A stretch of 64,000 bases of DNA from Macrostomum lignano. Taxonomy: Eukaryota. Location of the stretch: positions 1,054,001-1,118,000 of the forward strand of contig NIVC01000056.1 of the NCBI GenBank assembly GCA_002269645.1, read 5' to 3'. A program made the position numbers and the translations under genes. Of the stretch, positions 38,696-60,257 are shown piece by piece. The notes beneath the pieces were generated by a model. It saw only the letters and a program-made list of their open reading frames with translations. It was not told the origin of the DNA and did not search any database. Numbering within the stretch: the stretch's first letter is position 1; each line of letters starts with the position of its first letter.

Positions 38696-40873
38696 CTGAC
38701 CTGACGTGATTTGACACACCTAGCCTTATTTAGAGCAGCTGAAACACTGGCTTAGCAATTTACCTTTGTCTATAGCTGTCTCAGTGAATGAAAAGTCGTG
38801 TCTTAAACGTTTTTGCTAATCTTTTTTGCGTTTATTGGCTTTTTATCGTCCCCATTCAATTGGCTTCCGCTGTGTGCTCAGAAAATTAAATCATCTAAAT
38901 TAGCAAACAACTCAGTAGTAACTCTGGTGATTCTAGGTAGACTCTGGTGACTTTTTAGCGACTCGAACGATTGCAATGCGACGGAGAGGCGACTGTTGAG
39001 TCACGAACGCATCACATGAGTTGCTGAATCGTAAAAGTCACGAAAAGTCGCCCCAAGAGTCGTGTTAGCGCTTAACTTTCTACTAACTCAAGTAGACTCA
39101 ATAGAGTTGTAAATCCGAAATGCGAAATCATATAGTGACGCAGATGCGCTTTCGACTCAACTCAGCGATTCTACAACGACTCTGGGCACGCCTCAGATAC
39201 GACTCTGCGGCCACTGAGTCACTTGTGTCACCCCCAGATTCGTTTCAAAGTCGCAGGCAATAAAACGTGTCAAATTGACTCTCAGGGAAGTCTTTGACGA
39301 CTTTTTGGCGACTTGTATCAAGCAATGCCGTCAATTTATAGCTTCTTTCCTATTTTACCTGTCATCTGCATGCATCGACTCTGAAACGATTCTTTGACGA
39401 TGTGACACTGGGTCGCTTCTTGACCTAGGTTACCGTTTTCTCTGGCGTTTTTATAGTCCCAATAAACCCTGACGTTTGTTTGGCTTTTAGAGCTTATATA
39501 AAATGCCAAACTTCTCGATTTACGAGTCTATGTTTTATGAATATTTTTCCCCGGTTTTTAATGTCTCTATGCTGCATAGTTAATTCAATAAAAGTTCAAA
39601 TGATATTTCATACTGAAAACTGACTACTGACTCATATTTTTGTATTTGACTGTTTAAACAAATATGATTTATTACTGTGCTTAGTTTTACCAAGGTTACT
39701 TGTAAATTTTACTAATTTGAATTAATTGTTAGCCCGTAGGCCCCGTACAGTCCTCTTGGTGTCCTGTAGTTTCCCTTTGATCTGTTATTTTGAATCTGTC
39801 TCGATACTCAAGTACGCTCGTATATCTCAATACAGCTTAATTTACTGGGTTGAGTCAAGTTTGACTCAATAGAATCTAAATTAGAAATAAAATTTTGTTT
39901 TAACTTATGCTTACCCGTGCGCTACATGAATAGCCCGTGTGCTTTTATATATGTTCGACCTTGCAACTTTGCTTGGTCGATTAAAACAACAATAAAATTC
40001 GTGTTGACACTGATGAAAAGTTCATCCCTTAATTAACAAGCTTGCACTGAGCAGCATTTTAAGCTATTCAGTTACGGAAAGGGTTCTAGTTTATCTGAAC
40101 TTTATGCAACACTTGAGCAGAGTCCAGTAAGTCTTCAAATCTGGATATCTGGACCAAAGCGAGACCATGCAGCGCGCGCACTTTTGAGTGGCAGAGCACA
40201 ATGCATTCGCGGTATAATGAAAGTCGCACAATGGCACTCATTTTTTAGAATCCTAGTAATCATTATTTCAGCTACCGAATTAACCCTTTCGAGACCTACG
40301 AGTATCTACGTGTATCAACTCTGTCTTACAGTGCACTGTTGTCTGTCACACCTTTTAATCACACCTTCAACTTTTTCAAATGTATTAACTGGCTAGAATT
40401 GGACTTAGCTATCGCATTGCTTAGCAAAGGTGAGATAAGCTACAGGCAATACAGAAGCCAACTTGACCTTCGCCACCCAGCAAGCCAGTGCAATATGCCT
40501 TTGATACCGAACTGGACCCACTGTTCTGACGCACGCGGTGCCAAGGTGAACTCTGCGACTGACCCCCCCCCCCGAGTCTCATGGCCCCGATAAGACTCAG
40601 CAGAATTGGACAGCGCGGCGGTATTTGAGTTCTGCAATAAATCTGTAATCAGCCAGCGAGGCCGGTTATTTTATTCAAAGTGAGAGCACAATATCGTCGA
40701 ATGGTCAGTCTCGATAAGCGCATGAAGTCGAGCGGGAATAGTTGACCCCAACTGTCAATCAGCATTGTAGGCCTGCGCGTGTATCTCAATAACGAAATCT
40801 ATTTATCGAACTATACCCAAGCCTATACCCAGGAAAATTTTATCATCCAAGCACGTCCGTTGAACTTCAAAAA

Positions 40874-43068
40874 ATGACCGCCGGCAAGACAGCGATAGAC
40901 ATCTCGCTCGAGGCTCTGACCGAAGTTGATGAACGCCAGAAACTACCGCCGCCGCCGAGGGACACACTTCGCCTGGTGTACATCGCATTTTTGCTTCACG
41001 GTGTGGGCATTCTGCTACCCTGGAATCTATTCATCAATGCCAAGGAGTACTTTGAGAACTACAAGCTCAACACGAACATCTCGCGCGAGGCGGACTACAG
41101 GCACAACTTTATGAACTACATCGGCCTCGGGTCTCAGCTGCCCAACATGCTCATGCTGGCTTGCAACGTCTTCTTTCAGCCGTTGACGACCAGCGAAGGA
41201 CAGGAAAAAACTGCCAGCAAAAATGCCGCACGTCGCATTATGCTAGTGATCCTGATCGAAGTTTGCATCTGCGCTACCACCGTCATCATGGCCTTGGTGG
41301 ACACGAGCGAATGCCCGCGATTGTTCTTCGATGTCACGCTAATCAGTGTCATTGTGCTCAACTGTTGCACCGGCGTCTATCAGTCCTCAGCGTTCGGCAT
41401 GGCGGGTGTGCTGCCCATGACCTACTCCAGTGCGATCGTACTGGGTAAGGCGTCTATCGTCATGCTCCTCGTGCGTGTCGTAGGAATCAGGGGCGTCGCC
41501 ATCCATGGCCAGACCCCACGGTGACAGGGAGATATTAGTTTATTAGCTAGTCACAGAAAAGCTTTACATAAATGCGCTGCTACTAAAAAGACCAAAGTCT
41601 TCAGTGGACTAGTACGTCTAGTAGTCTTTGCCATTATTTCCTGAGCACACAAACGCGACACCGCTCACACAGGATGCACGAATACTAGCACTGACTTTTT
41701 ATCGCTAGGCATCTCCAGGCATTCAATTAATGGGGTCCTGCGCAGAACCAATCCACTAATCCAAATCTCCGAGTATCTCTCAGGAGCCGGCACAGATATG
41801 GGGTGACGGAGACCCACAAATTTAGCAAACTTTTGCTCATCACTTTCCCCAGCAAGCTTAAATATGCCACTTAAAATTCAAGTAACTTTATTGTGGTTCA
41901 CACCGCCGCTGTACCAAACCACTTCGAAAAGTATTTATACAGTTATAAACATGTTCAATTTAAGGTACCTAATTTCACTTGAAGTACTGAAGCATTTTAA
42001 CGTCGTTTTACGCAACACAGGTAACAACATCTGCGGAACAGTTGTTGCCATTGTGAACATTGTTAGTCGGCTGGCATCCTCGCAGAATCTGCAAATGACC
42101 GCTGTTGGCTATTTCTCATTCTCTGTCGTATTGCTACTCATCTGCTTCTCCTCGCTCCTCATATTGCCGAAGCTGCCGTTCTATCGGCACTACCAGCAGC
42201 CGCCGTCGCAACCGCATTCGTCTGAGAGGACCTGCGACACAACGCAAGGCGGCGCTAAGAACCGACTGCTCAATGAGCAGACGTCTTTCGAATCGGACGA
42301 CTCAACTGAAACTGTAAAGGGATGCTGCGATGAGAATCTGGAAACTGTCAGGGCTTGCTGTGCTTTGTGCTGTATCCGCAAGGGACCTGTGGCTGCGTGC
42401 TCCAGGTGAGCCGGCCAATTTTTTTAAGAGTTGCCGATTTCCAAGCCAATTGAATTTCGGTAAAAAAGCTGTGTTTCGTCAAAGTTGAATTCATAACTTT
42501 GAACCACAATTTCAGGTACTGGCAGAGATACCTGGCTGCCTTCAAAGAGTGCTGGGTTCACTGCCTCAGCGTCTGGTCGACATTCTTCTGCACTTTGGCC
42601 TGCTTTCCAGCCGTTCAATCGGCCATTCGTCCGGTCCAGCTGCTGTCCATAGAGGCCTGGTTCACCGACATCTTCGTGTTCCTCGGCTTCAACCTGTTCG
42701 CCATGCTGGGCAGTCTGGCGTCAAATTTTGTACAATTCCCAAAACCACGCTGGCTGGCACTGGTCGTGTGGATTCGTACCCTAATCTTCATACCGTTCTT
42801 CATCATGTGCAACTGTTTCCCGGACAACCGGGCCCCGGCATTCCCGGTGGTCATCGCTAATGACTACGTGTTCGCGGCTGGCATGGTGTTGTTCGCTTTC
42901 ACCGGCGGCTACTTCAGCGCCCTCTGCATGATGTACGCGCCAAGGGACGTGAAGAATCCAAAGCACGCGGCATTGGCTGGCATGGTGTCGTCATTCTTCC
43001 TGGTCTCCGGCATCTTCTGCGGAGTGGCCTTCGGTGGAGTGCTGTTCAATGTGGTGCAGGCGCATTAG
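40874..43068 (+). CDS. SLC29A: Equilibrative nucleoside transporter (SLC29/ENT), ~502 aa
   Basis: Exons 40874-41444, 42021-42405 and 42516-43068 total 1509 nt and are phase-consistent. Motifs: LVYIAFLLHGVGILLPWNLFINAKEYF, GVYQSSAFGMAGVLPMTYSSAIVLGNNICGT, FFCTLACFP, FNLFAMLGS, RTLIFIPFFIMCN, FAFTGGYFSALCMMYAP. The symbol is family-level only. Confidence 0.96.
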
Positions 43069-44589
43069 GCCGCTTACGAGCGTAATTACAGGTGGAAAAT
43101 TCCAAATATATCAACTTATGGATGGAGCAAATAGTCAAGGACTACTCAAGCAGAAGGACGGGAAAGTACGTTTCTTGTAACATTTTTAGAAAGCAGTGTT
43201 TACCAAAAAATACATTGCAAATGTAGAAGGTTTAAATTTTTTCATCACAAAAATTGTTATTGCTTTTGATAGAACGGATCGAGGCCAATGTTCATCTTCT
43301 CATATTTCTTGCCTTTCTTATAGCTCTATTCATATTCATAAAGCTTTAAGTTCATAAAATTAGGACTCTATGTTCATTTTAGATCGCCTGTACATTTAGT
43401 TTCATGAATCTATTTTATCATTCTGTTACATTTATCGTTGCACAGTCAGCTAAGAATGATAAAACAGATTGATAAAACCAATGAGCTGAGCTGCGCCATT
43501 TTTATGATTTTTAGGCGCTGGACATGTGCGTTGGATATAAAATTAACGTACAATCCGAAATTTCTCAACGAAAAGGTCTTGAATATCAATAGAGCTATGA
43601 GTAAGGCAAGACATATCAAAATAGGAATATTGGTTCTGCCTCGTATCAAAAGCAATAAATTTTTTTGAGCTGAAAAGAGGCAAAACCTTCATGTATTTTT
43701 TTCTGTAAAAACCAGCCTCATAAAAAGTCCCACGTGGCTGCATAAAGCTCGTCACTCTCAAGCAATGTTCAAGCAATGAATTCCAAATAAATATGTTAAT
43801 TTTTCTAGAGCAGCTAGCTGACGTATTTCTATAGTACAATTTCTAGTTCTACGCTCGTATAAGCTCAGATATAACTTTGTTATAGTGCGTCATAATTTCC
43901 GGTGTTGCAGTCGTTGATCTCTGGCTAGAGACAGATTATAACAAGTTAGTAAGACCGCTTTAAATCAAATTGCTATTCGATTATACGCTCCAGTACTTTC
44001 TGGGTGACCCTATTTGTCATTGACGTTGGCTAATTTTATAGCTTCAATTTTTGGCCTCCATCTAGCTAGTTGAGTTTTGTCACGTCAACGAAGAAAACTT
44101 ATTTGCAGTTCAATTTTTGCGTCTCTGTCACTCTTTTGGGTGCATTTTTTGTTAAATTAAATTATATTTAGGCTGTAAGCTATCATGATAAAACTCATAA
44201 CTCAGTACTTCAATACTACTAGTTCAATTAATTTTAATTTGAGAATTATAATACTTTACCAAATATTTCTACTGATTCTGGTTGCTGAATTTTGAAAGTC
44301 TGAGAAACCCTATAGATCAAACATTAGCTACTTAATAAGTAGTATAAGCATGATTCAATTTTGATTTGTCAGTTGCGTTAAAATATACTGATATTCATAG
44401 TCCTCTATATGTGCTATTCATATTGTTGAAGTAAGTAAGTAAAGCGTTTTTTTTATTTAATGACTTTCAAATCCACATTGATATGACACTTGCATGCATT
44501 ACTCCTCAGTTCACGTCCGCCAGCACTGCAAGTTAAGCCGAGTTGCTCCTGGTTAGTGCACACAGTTAAAGTTGCTATGCTTGTATCAG

Positions 44590-44850
44590 CCTTGTAGCAG
44601 CCAGACACGCTGATCTGCAGACTATCACGCGACAGGCCAGCTGTGTCCAGGGAGTCTGTCAGCGACCACGTTTCGGCGTTCGACCACTGCCTCCTAGAAC
44701 AAAGCCGCCCTCTGGCGGTTATAATAATTGGACATACAGGACCGCTTTTACAGCAGGAAACACGACGTACAGCTTATGCAAGCTCTTATCAACGTTGCGG
44801 ACGTCAAGAACCGGACCGCCGAGGTAGACGAACTGCTGGTGCCATGAGAA
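44590..44850 (-). mobile_element. Short decayed RTE-like LINE fragment related to the 730-2560 element
   Basis: Plus-strand ACCGCCGAGGTAGACGAACTGCTG parallels ACCGCCGAGGTAGACAAACTGCTG at ~1012-1036. The minus strand translates as QQFVYLGG..., with RQRAALF*EAVVE in a shifted frame. Confidence 0.75.
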
Positions 44851-45249
44851 TCTCGCACCTGGAGAATCTCTCATCTGAAGAAGCTGCCTTAAAATTCATC
44901 ATTTAAACGAATTTGCAAGGCTTTCTAAGAACAGCCGAACAACAGAATTAAAAATGTAATAAACTTTAATAAATTAGATTTAATTAACAAAGCCAATTGC
45001 GCAAGCTGTGAAATTGTTACAAAGATTGACACTTCTTGTTTACTGTAATTAATTGTTCGGAAAATTGTTTCAATTTTAATGCTCCCATCGCTCTGAGTCC
45101 GACGGTAATTATCGAGCAACAGGTGTTTTGAAGTCGCATGACCTCAGTTATGTAATTCCGTTTTATTTAAATAAATAACCTCTGAGACGGCTAAAAGCTT
45201 TAAAAATGATTTCATTAAGCTCGACACCTGCTAGCCACCTGTTTCTAGA

Positions 45250-53690
<8,441 letters not shown>

Positions 53691-53745
53691 CTTTTATAAA
53701 TTTAACTAACTTTACAAAACAGTTTAAAATCTTAACAATATAAAT

Positions 53746-54048
53746 CAGTTGTCGGCAAACTTTTTACTCAAGGGCCAAATATAAAAGAGTATTGATGATT
53801 GCTGCGGGCAAGATGAGAAGCAGAAAGGAGATGGAATGTGGGAGAGAGAAGAGATTAGATAAAAGATAAGAGAGAGAAGAAAGGTGAGGAGATAAGAGAT
53901 GAGAGGAGAGAACTGAGAAGAGACACAAACCTTGAGCGGGCTGGATTACTATAGTGAAGTTTCAAAGGATCAAAGGAAGTTTCAAAGGCCGGATAGAGAG
54001 GCTTTGAGGGCCGCATGTGGCCCGCAAGCCGGAGTGTGCCGACCCCTG
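53746..54048. mobile_element. hAT (Charlie-like) non-autonomous element, ~300 bp
   Basis: Imperfect TIRs CAGTTGTCGGCAAAC ... GTGTGCCGACCCCTG resemble the hAT-Charlie-type end CAGGGGTCGGCAAAC. A subterminal palindrome GGGCCGCATGTGGCCC is present. No intact 8-bp TSD is visible. Confidence 0.6.
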
Positions 54049-55209
54049 AATTGTAAATACATATTTCAGTATATATATTTCAGGTGAAAGTACCCCTACA
54101 CTTCTACGGTAAAGTTACCCTTGTACTATTAATTGTAACGGTTTTAACTGGTCTGTAGCAAAATAAACTTTACGACTGTCCTGCACTATAAGCCTCCATG
54201 GTGGATAAAAAGAATATAGATCAAGTGACAGAACAATAATATTTCTGTGATATCTTTGTCGAGCAAATTCTACCGACTTCTGCTATCCGATTCTACTGTA
54301 TTATTACAGTTTTGCACTTAACTCGTTACTATCACAAAAACGAAAAATAAATCCGATAAAATCATTCACAAAAGTAGGTAAACTTCGTTAACAGAAAATG
54401 TTCAATTTTTTTTCCAAACAAAAACCTGAAGTGAATTATAACAAAATAATAGATATTTGTTAATGGTTTGGAATGTTTAAAACAATCTTTGAGATAAAAT
54501 CGGTCTGGAATTTATTGAAACCGGCATAAAAAACTGAGCTTGGAAATTATAGTGTTTATTAAATACTTAGACAGTATAATTATAGTTTGAAAGATATAAG
54601 AAGCATATTACATGGTAATATATATACTACGCAAAAAGTGAGTAAGATAAGCAGTGAAAGAAGCAGGTTAGCATAATTGCGCATCATATTTACGAGCTAC
54701 TTCAAAACGAGTGAAAGAAATAAATAATTCCGGAAAAAGTTACTAATTAACCTGCTAATTATTTCGGTTGAAAGGAGATTCAATGTGACAACAGCTTGCG
54801 GGTCAATAAGAAGATTGGTGAAGAGTAAAAACACAACAGATGTGCGAATGTTTGCAACATTTTTTAATTTGAAGGCACACATAAAGGAAGAAGTAATCAA
54901 GTTTTAAATTATGAGCAACAATACGCGATAGAAAGCTGCTATGCTTGCACAATATTAATATTGAGATTGCAAATAGAATTTCTGTATATATTATTACAGA
55001 TAGTGCACCTGAATATTGCAAAAATAAATTATTGAACAGGGCTCTAAAAACTGCAGTTTTTATAAATACGAAATTATTACAAGCAAAAATTTGAAGAAAT
55101 GTTTAACTTGCTTAAAACAGCGATTTTTTGGTATATTTTTTTTGTTAAATTGGCTTAGCTCAAATTGCTCATCAATAAGTTCTTACCAATTTTGACTCTC
55201 TGATGTGCA

Positions 55210-55587
55210 AGCGGCCCAGGCTCGATTCCAAGTGCAGTCGCATTAATTTGGAGCTGAATTGGAATCTCGGCTTGGCTCTGCTCGTGCAATCAACGCCCAG
55301 CTTGAGGCCCAACCCCCAAGGCACAGTGAAGTGTACATGCCTAACGATAAATAAAGTTAGGGCCGCTGTACACTCCTGTGTGAGTGTGTGCCTGTGCTTC
55401 TGACTGCGTACGTATCCGCGCGCTTGTGTGCCTGCACAGGGGAGTCGGCGGAATGGGCAGCAATGCCTCTCGCCGGTTGTGTGACAATGTCGCTTAAAGT
55501 GCGCCAGGGTGCACACAGCCCCCTGCCTCTAATAAAAAATCTCTTCAGTGCATTTTTCAAGCGAATTGTCTATGGCCCAACCCCACT
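55210..55587 (+). mobile_element. SINE family B copy
   Basis: Colinear with 37765-38075 and 34640-34960. Confidence 0.85.
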
Positions 55588-55597
55588 GAGCTGTCAC

Positions 55598-58500
55598 TCA
55601 GTTTGACCCCAGCGAGGCGGCAGATTTTGGCCTCGGCAGCCGACTGGCAGAAATCGATCGAAATTTTCTAGCAACAGCACCGGAGCTTTGCCGCTGCTCA
55701 GTTTGAGACGCCGGCATAGGCCAGTAGTTGCGGCGCCGATTGGCATGTTGCCGATGTTGCTGCTTTTGCACCAGCTGGAGCCGGTCAAGAAGACTGCATA
55801 GGCGGGCTAACGAATTCGAACTGGTAGGTGTGCCCTGTCTCAGCAGGGCTAGCGGGCGATAGTGACGCTTGAGTAGGTCGGTGTTTGAGCACAGGTGCTT
55901 TAGCCAGGCAGACAAGAAACCAGCACTGCAGATAAAGTTTGTTTTTTTTACTTTAGTCATTGAATTTGAGCACAAATACTAGGAAAGCAAATCCCATTAA
56001 TCTCTTACAATCTAATCAAAACACTTATTGACAAACCACTAGGGTTGTAGCCTCCTCAAGACTCACGACTGAAAGGTCAGGGGTTCGATTCCCGATCCCA
56101 CTGGAACAATTTGCGACCTTGAGCAAGACACTTAACTCTGCATTGCTTCAGTTCACCCAGCTGTAAAATGGGTGCCAGCATTAGCTGGGGTAATTGAGGG
56201 TGTGTGTGGCAACCCCCCCCCCCAGTCCTTGGACTGAACAGCCTGACAGGCTGACTGTAACAGGCTGAGCTGTCGGTTGCGCATCTGCCTATTATGACAG
56301 GTGTAATCTATTAACTATGCCTTTGTCCTAAACCTCCCATTCCTAAATGCAAACAATCTCAATCAAAGCCAATTTGCACTCACTTCAAACAGGCAACGAT
56401 AAAGGCGTCGAACTGGCCCTGTTCGCCATTTGATTCGCTTTTCGATGCATTTATTTGACGCACAATGGCCGACAGCTTTGGACCAATCGGTACTGCGGAA
56501 ATGCAATGTTTCGTTCCACATGAAACGGCACTTAGGCTAAGTCGTCAAAGAGTCGCCCAACAACAACAACAACAACAACAACTTGTGACGCAAAGCAATC
56601 GAATCCTCCCCCCCCCTCGTTCGTGGGTTCTGAGACTCACCGCAACTGGCACAAGACTCTTCAACCAGCAGACACAGCGGCGAAGCCATCAGTCTGCTTT
56701 TCTTTAACAGCAGATTTCTCTGTTGAACAGTTCTAGCCTTGCTAACATTGCCGCCAAATTGATTGACAAATTCGGCTGTGGACCAAGCGCTGGACATTGC
56801 TAAACCGTTGCTAACTAAACTGTACAATGAGCGGCACAGTAAACCTACAATAACAGATGAAGATTGACCGTTGCTAGGCAAACTGCAGATCGATATCAGC
56901 TGTTCGACCGCAGACGCGGCTTGAGCAGACAATCGATTGAGTTGGCGAGTAGGCGATTCGGGTACTGGAAGGCGAGATGGTGCAGCAGTTTGAGCCGGTT
57001 CGCTGGACACAGGCGAGCCGCAGAATTCCAACGGCGGGCTGTCCTCGTCGTCGCCATAGAGACCGACTGACTGGGGTATTACCTGGTCTCGGGAAATATT
57101 GTTGAGCACGGATTGATTGGTTAATTAGTCTTCAGGATGTTAAGTTAGTCTATAGGAAGCTATATCTATCTTTGGAATTTTTCAGTTAGCCAGTAGGAAA
57201 TACGGGGAATTTTGTTAAAATTTTGGGGAACTTTTTAAGAATTAGTCAGTGAGACTCATGGGAATTTTTAAGAATTAGTCAGTGAGACTCATGGGAATTT
57301 TTAAGAATTAGTCAGTGAGACTCATGGGAATTTTTAAGAATTAGTCAGTGAGACTCATGGGGAACTTTTTTAGAATTAGCCAGACGGAATCATGGGGAAT
57401 TTTTTAGAATTAGTCAAAGGGAATCATGGGGAACTTTTTTAGAATTAGCCAATGGGAATCATGGGGAATTTTTTAGAATTAGCCAATGGGAATCATGGGG
57501 AATTTTTTAGAATTAGCCAGTCGGAATCATGGGGAATTTTTTAGAATTAGTCAAAGGGAATCATGGGGAACTTTTTTAGAATTAGCCAATGGGAATCATG
57601 GGGAATTTTTTAGAATTAGCCAATGGGAATCATGGGGAATTTTTTAGAATTAGCCAGTCGGAATCATGGGAAGTTTTTTAGAATTAGCCAATGGGAATCA
57701 TGGGGAAGTTTTTTAGAATTAGCCAATGGGAATCATGGGGAATTTTTTAGAATTAGCCAATGGGAATCATGGGGAAGTTTTTTAGAATTAGCCAATGGGA
57801 ATCATGGGGAATTTTTTAGAATTAGTCAAAGGGAATCATGGGGAACTTTTTTAGAATTAGCCAATGGGAATCATGGGGAATTTTTTAGAATTAGCCAATG
57901 GGAATCATGGGGAATTTTTTAGAATTAGCCAGTCGGAATCATGGGAAGTTTTTTAGAATTAGCCAATGGGAATCATGGGGAAGTTTTTTAGAATTAGCCA
58001 ATGGGAATCATGGGGAATTTTTTAGAATTAGCCAATGGGAATCATGGGGAAGTTTTTTAGAATTAGCCAATGGGAATCATGGGGAAGTTTTTTAGAATTA
58101 GCCAATGGGAATCATGGGAAATTTTTTAGAATTAGCCAATAGGAATCATGGAGAAGTTTTTTAGAATTAGCCAGTGAGACTCATGGGAATTTTTTAGAAT
58201 TAGCCAATAGGAATCATGGAGAAGTCTTTTTTAAATTAGCCAGTGGGAATCATGGGGATGGGGAATTTTTCAGAATTAGTCAAAGGGAATCATGGGGAAT
58301 TTTTTTAGAATTAGCCAGTGGGAATCATGGAGAAGTTTTTTAGAATTAGCCAGTGGGAATCATGGGGATGGGGAATTTTTCAGAATTAGTCAAAGGGAAT
58401 CATGGGGAATTTTTTAGAATTAGCCAGTGGGAATCATGGAGAAGTTTTTTAGAATTAGCCAGTGGGAATCATGGGGATGGGGAATTTTTTAGAATTAGCC

Positions 58501-60150
58501 AGTGGGAATCATGGGGATGGGGAATTTTTTAGAATTAGCCAGTGGGAATCATGGAGAAGTTTTTTAGAATTAGCAAGTGGGAATCATGGGGAACTGTTTT
58601 AGAATTAGTCAGTGAGACTCATGGGAATTTTTTAGAATTAGCCAATGGGAATCATGGGGATTTTTTTAGAATTAGCCAATAGGAATCATGGGGAAGTTTT
58701 TAAGAATTAGTCAAAGGGAATCATGGGGAATTTTTTTAGAATTAGCCAGTGGGAATCATGGGGATGGGGAATTTTTTAGAATTAGCCAGTGGGAATCATG
58801 GGGATGGGGAATTTTTTAGAATTAGCCAGTGGGAACCATGGGGAATTTTTTTAGAATTAGCCAGTGGGAATCATGGGGAACTTTTTTAGAATTAGTCAGT
58901 GAGACTCATGGGAATTTTTTAGAATTAGCCAATGGGAATCATGGGGAATTTTTTAGAATTAGCCAATAGGAATCATGGGGAAGTTTTTAAGAATTAGCCA
59001 ATGGGAATCATGGGGAATTTTTTAGAATTAGCCAATAGGAATCATGGAGAAGTTTTTTAGAATTAGCCAATGGGAATCATGGGGAATTTTAATTAGTGGG
59101 ACATACATGCGCAACCTTGGGAATCACCCGGCCGTTTCTATTGGCAACACACACATGTAAGTCGCTATTGGCTGAGAGCAGTCACGTGACCAATATTCTG
59201 TCCAATAGCGACTTACATGTGTGTGTTGCCAATAGAAACGGCCGGGTGAATCCCTAGTTTGCGCCCAAGCATGAGTGGGAACTATAGAGAATTTTTCTAG
59301 TTAATAAGAAGGAATTATTTAGCCCGCGAGAATGATGGAGAATGTATGTATGATCAGGGATACTGAAAGCAAGGTTCAAAGCCAGCTCAGAATAATAATT
59401 CTCACGTGGAAGTCTTGCCCGATCAGGGAGAGCTTGGCCGGTGGCAGAGACAAGCACCTGCTAGCAGCATGATCGTCGCAGCTTGTGCAGCGAACTTTCT
59501 GACGCCTCCTGCTGCGTCCGCGACTTGATCTGGGAGCAGCAGCAGCAGCAGCCGGAGCATCTGCACTAGAAGCAGAGACGGCGCCAATTCCTCCGCTAGG
59601 TGGCCTTCGTCTCCGCCTCGAACAGCGACTGCTTGGATTGCTGCTACTAGAGGAGTCAGGCAGATTGGTGGATACGCCAGCCGGCAATTCTTGGCGTAGA
59701 AATGCCAGATCTGGCAAATTCGAACAGCTGACAGCTGATCGAAGTAGTTGGTTGGATTCCAGCTTTTGATCGCTACTATTATTATTATCATTATGCCGAA
59801 CTAATAACGATTGTGGATGTTGAAGAATTCTCAGATTTGAAGGCCGACGATCGGATTTCAGGCCGCGCCAAGTTGTACGCCGGGAGCAAGGCGGGGCGGC
59901 CTGTCTGGTCTGGCAAGGGCTGCTACGAGTTGCCTGCTGACTTGCCTGATTGGCAGTGCTGCTGTCGCGACGTTGGCGAGCCACTGCAGCCCAGGTGGTG
60001 CCTCTCTGTCGCTGCAGCTGCTGATGCTGTTGAGTCCGCGTTCTCTCACACTGCTCAGGCTGAGTAGGACTAGATAAACAGAAGTCGCTTTGCCAAGCTA
60101 CTGTGCCTACTGCTGCGTTGCTGTTAGTAACAGATTTCCTACTATCGTAC
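55598..60150 (-). CDS. Probable RUN-domain protein gene, 3' part; exon structure only partly resolved
   Basis: The exon ending at 59406 (CAC|GTGAG, phase 0) joins the acceptor at 57082 (CCAG|GTA, phase 0). That exon contains LLCRSLYSLVSNGL...W (RUN N-terminal block). The last exon (~55598-55925) has LSAWLKHLCSNTDLLKRHYRPLALLR...LCSLLDRLQ (RUN C-terminal block). Phase does not match between the 56641 donor and the 55925 acceptor, and the 5' end is not defined. Confidence 0.55.
56042..56295 (+). mobile_element. tRNA-derived SINE family A with a MIR/CORE-like central segment, copy 2
   Basis: B box GGTTCGATTCC at 56082-56092. 56113-56173 reads GCGACCTTGAGCAAGACACTTAACTCTGCATTGCTTCAGTTCACCCAGCTGTAAAATGGGT, which parallels the remembered MIR CORE consensus (GTGACCTTGGGCAAGTCACTTAAC...CTCAGTTTCCTCATCTGTAAAATGGG). 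Confidence 0.85.
57200..59090. repeat. ~36-bp satellite in the RUN-gene intron
   Basis: Tandem TTAGAATTAGCCAATGGGAATCATGGGGAATTTTT and variants. Confidence 0.97.
59102..59273. mobile_element. 172-bp hairpin MITE-like insertion with a 7-bp target-site duplication
   Basis: Perfect 48-bp inverted arms at 59124-59171 and 59202-59249, extending imperfectly outward to CAT...ATG ends. Flanked by AGTGGGA at 59095-59101 and 59274-59280. Confidence 0.75.
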
Positions 60151-60257
60151 ACTTGACGCTCTTCTTGCAGCGACTGGGCAATGGTTGGCCGGTCTGCGGG
60201 CGGTTGGAGATAAATTGTATATCAGGGGTAATAAAATTGTGGTTTGGGAGGCTGGCC

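Noticed and set aside
38935-39430. Region rich in GACTC/GAGTC and GCGACT/AGTCGC with loose palindromy
   Set aside because: No defined TIR, TSD or second copy was seen, so it is too degenerate to call.
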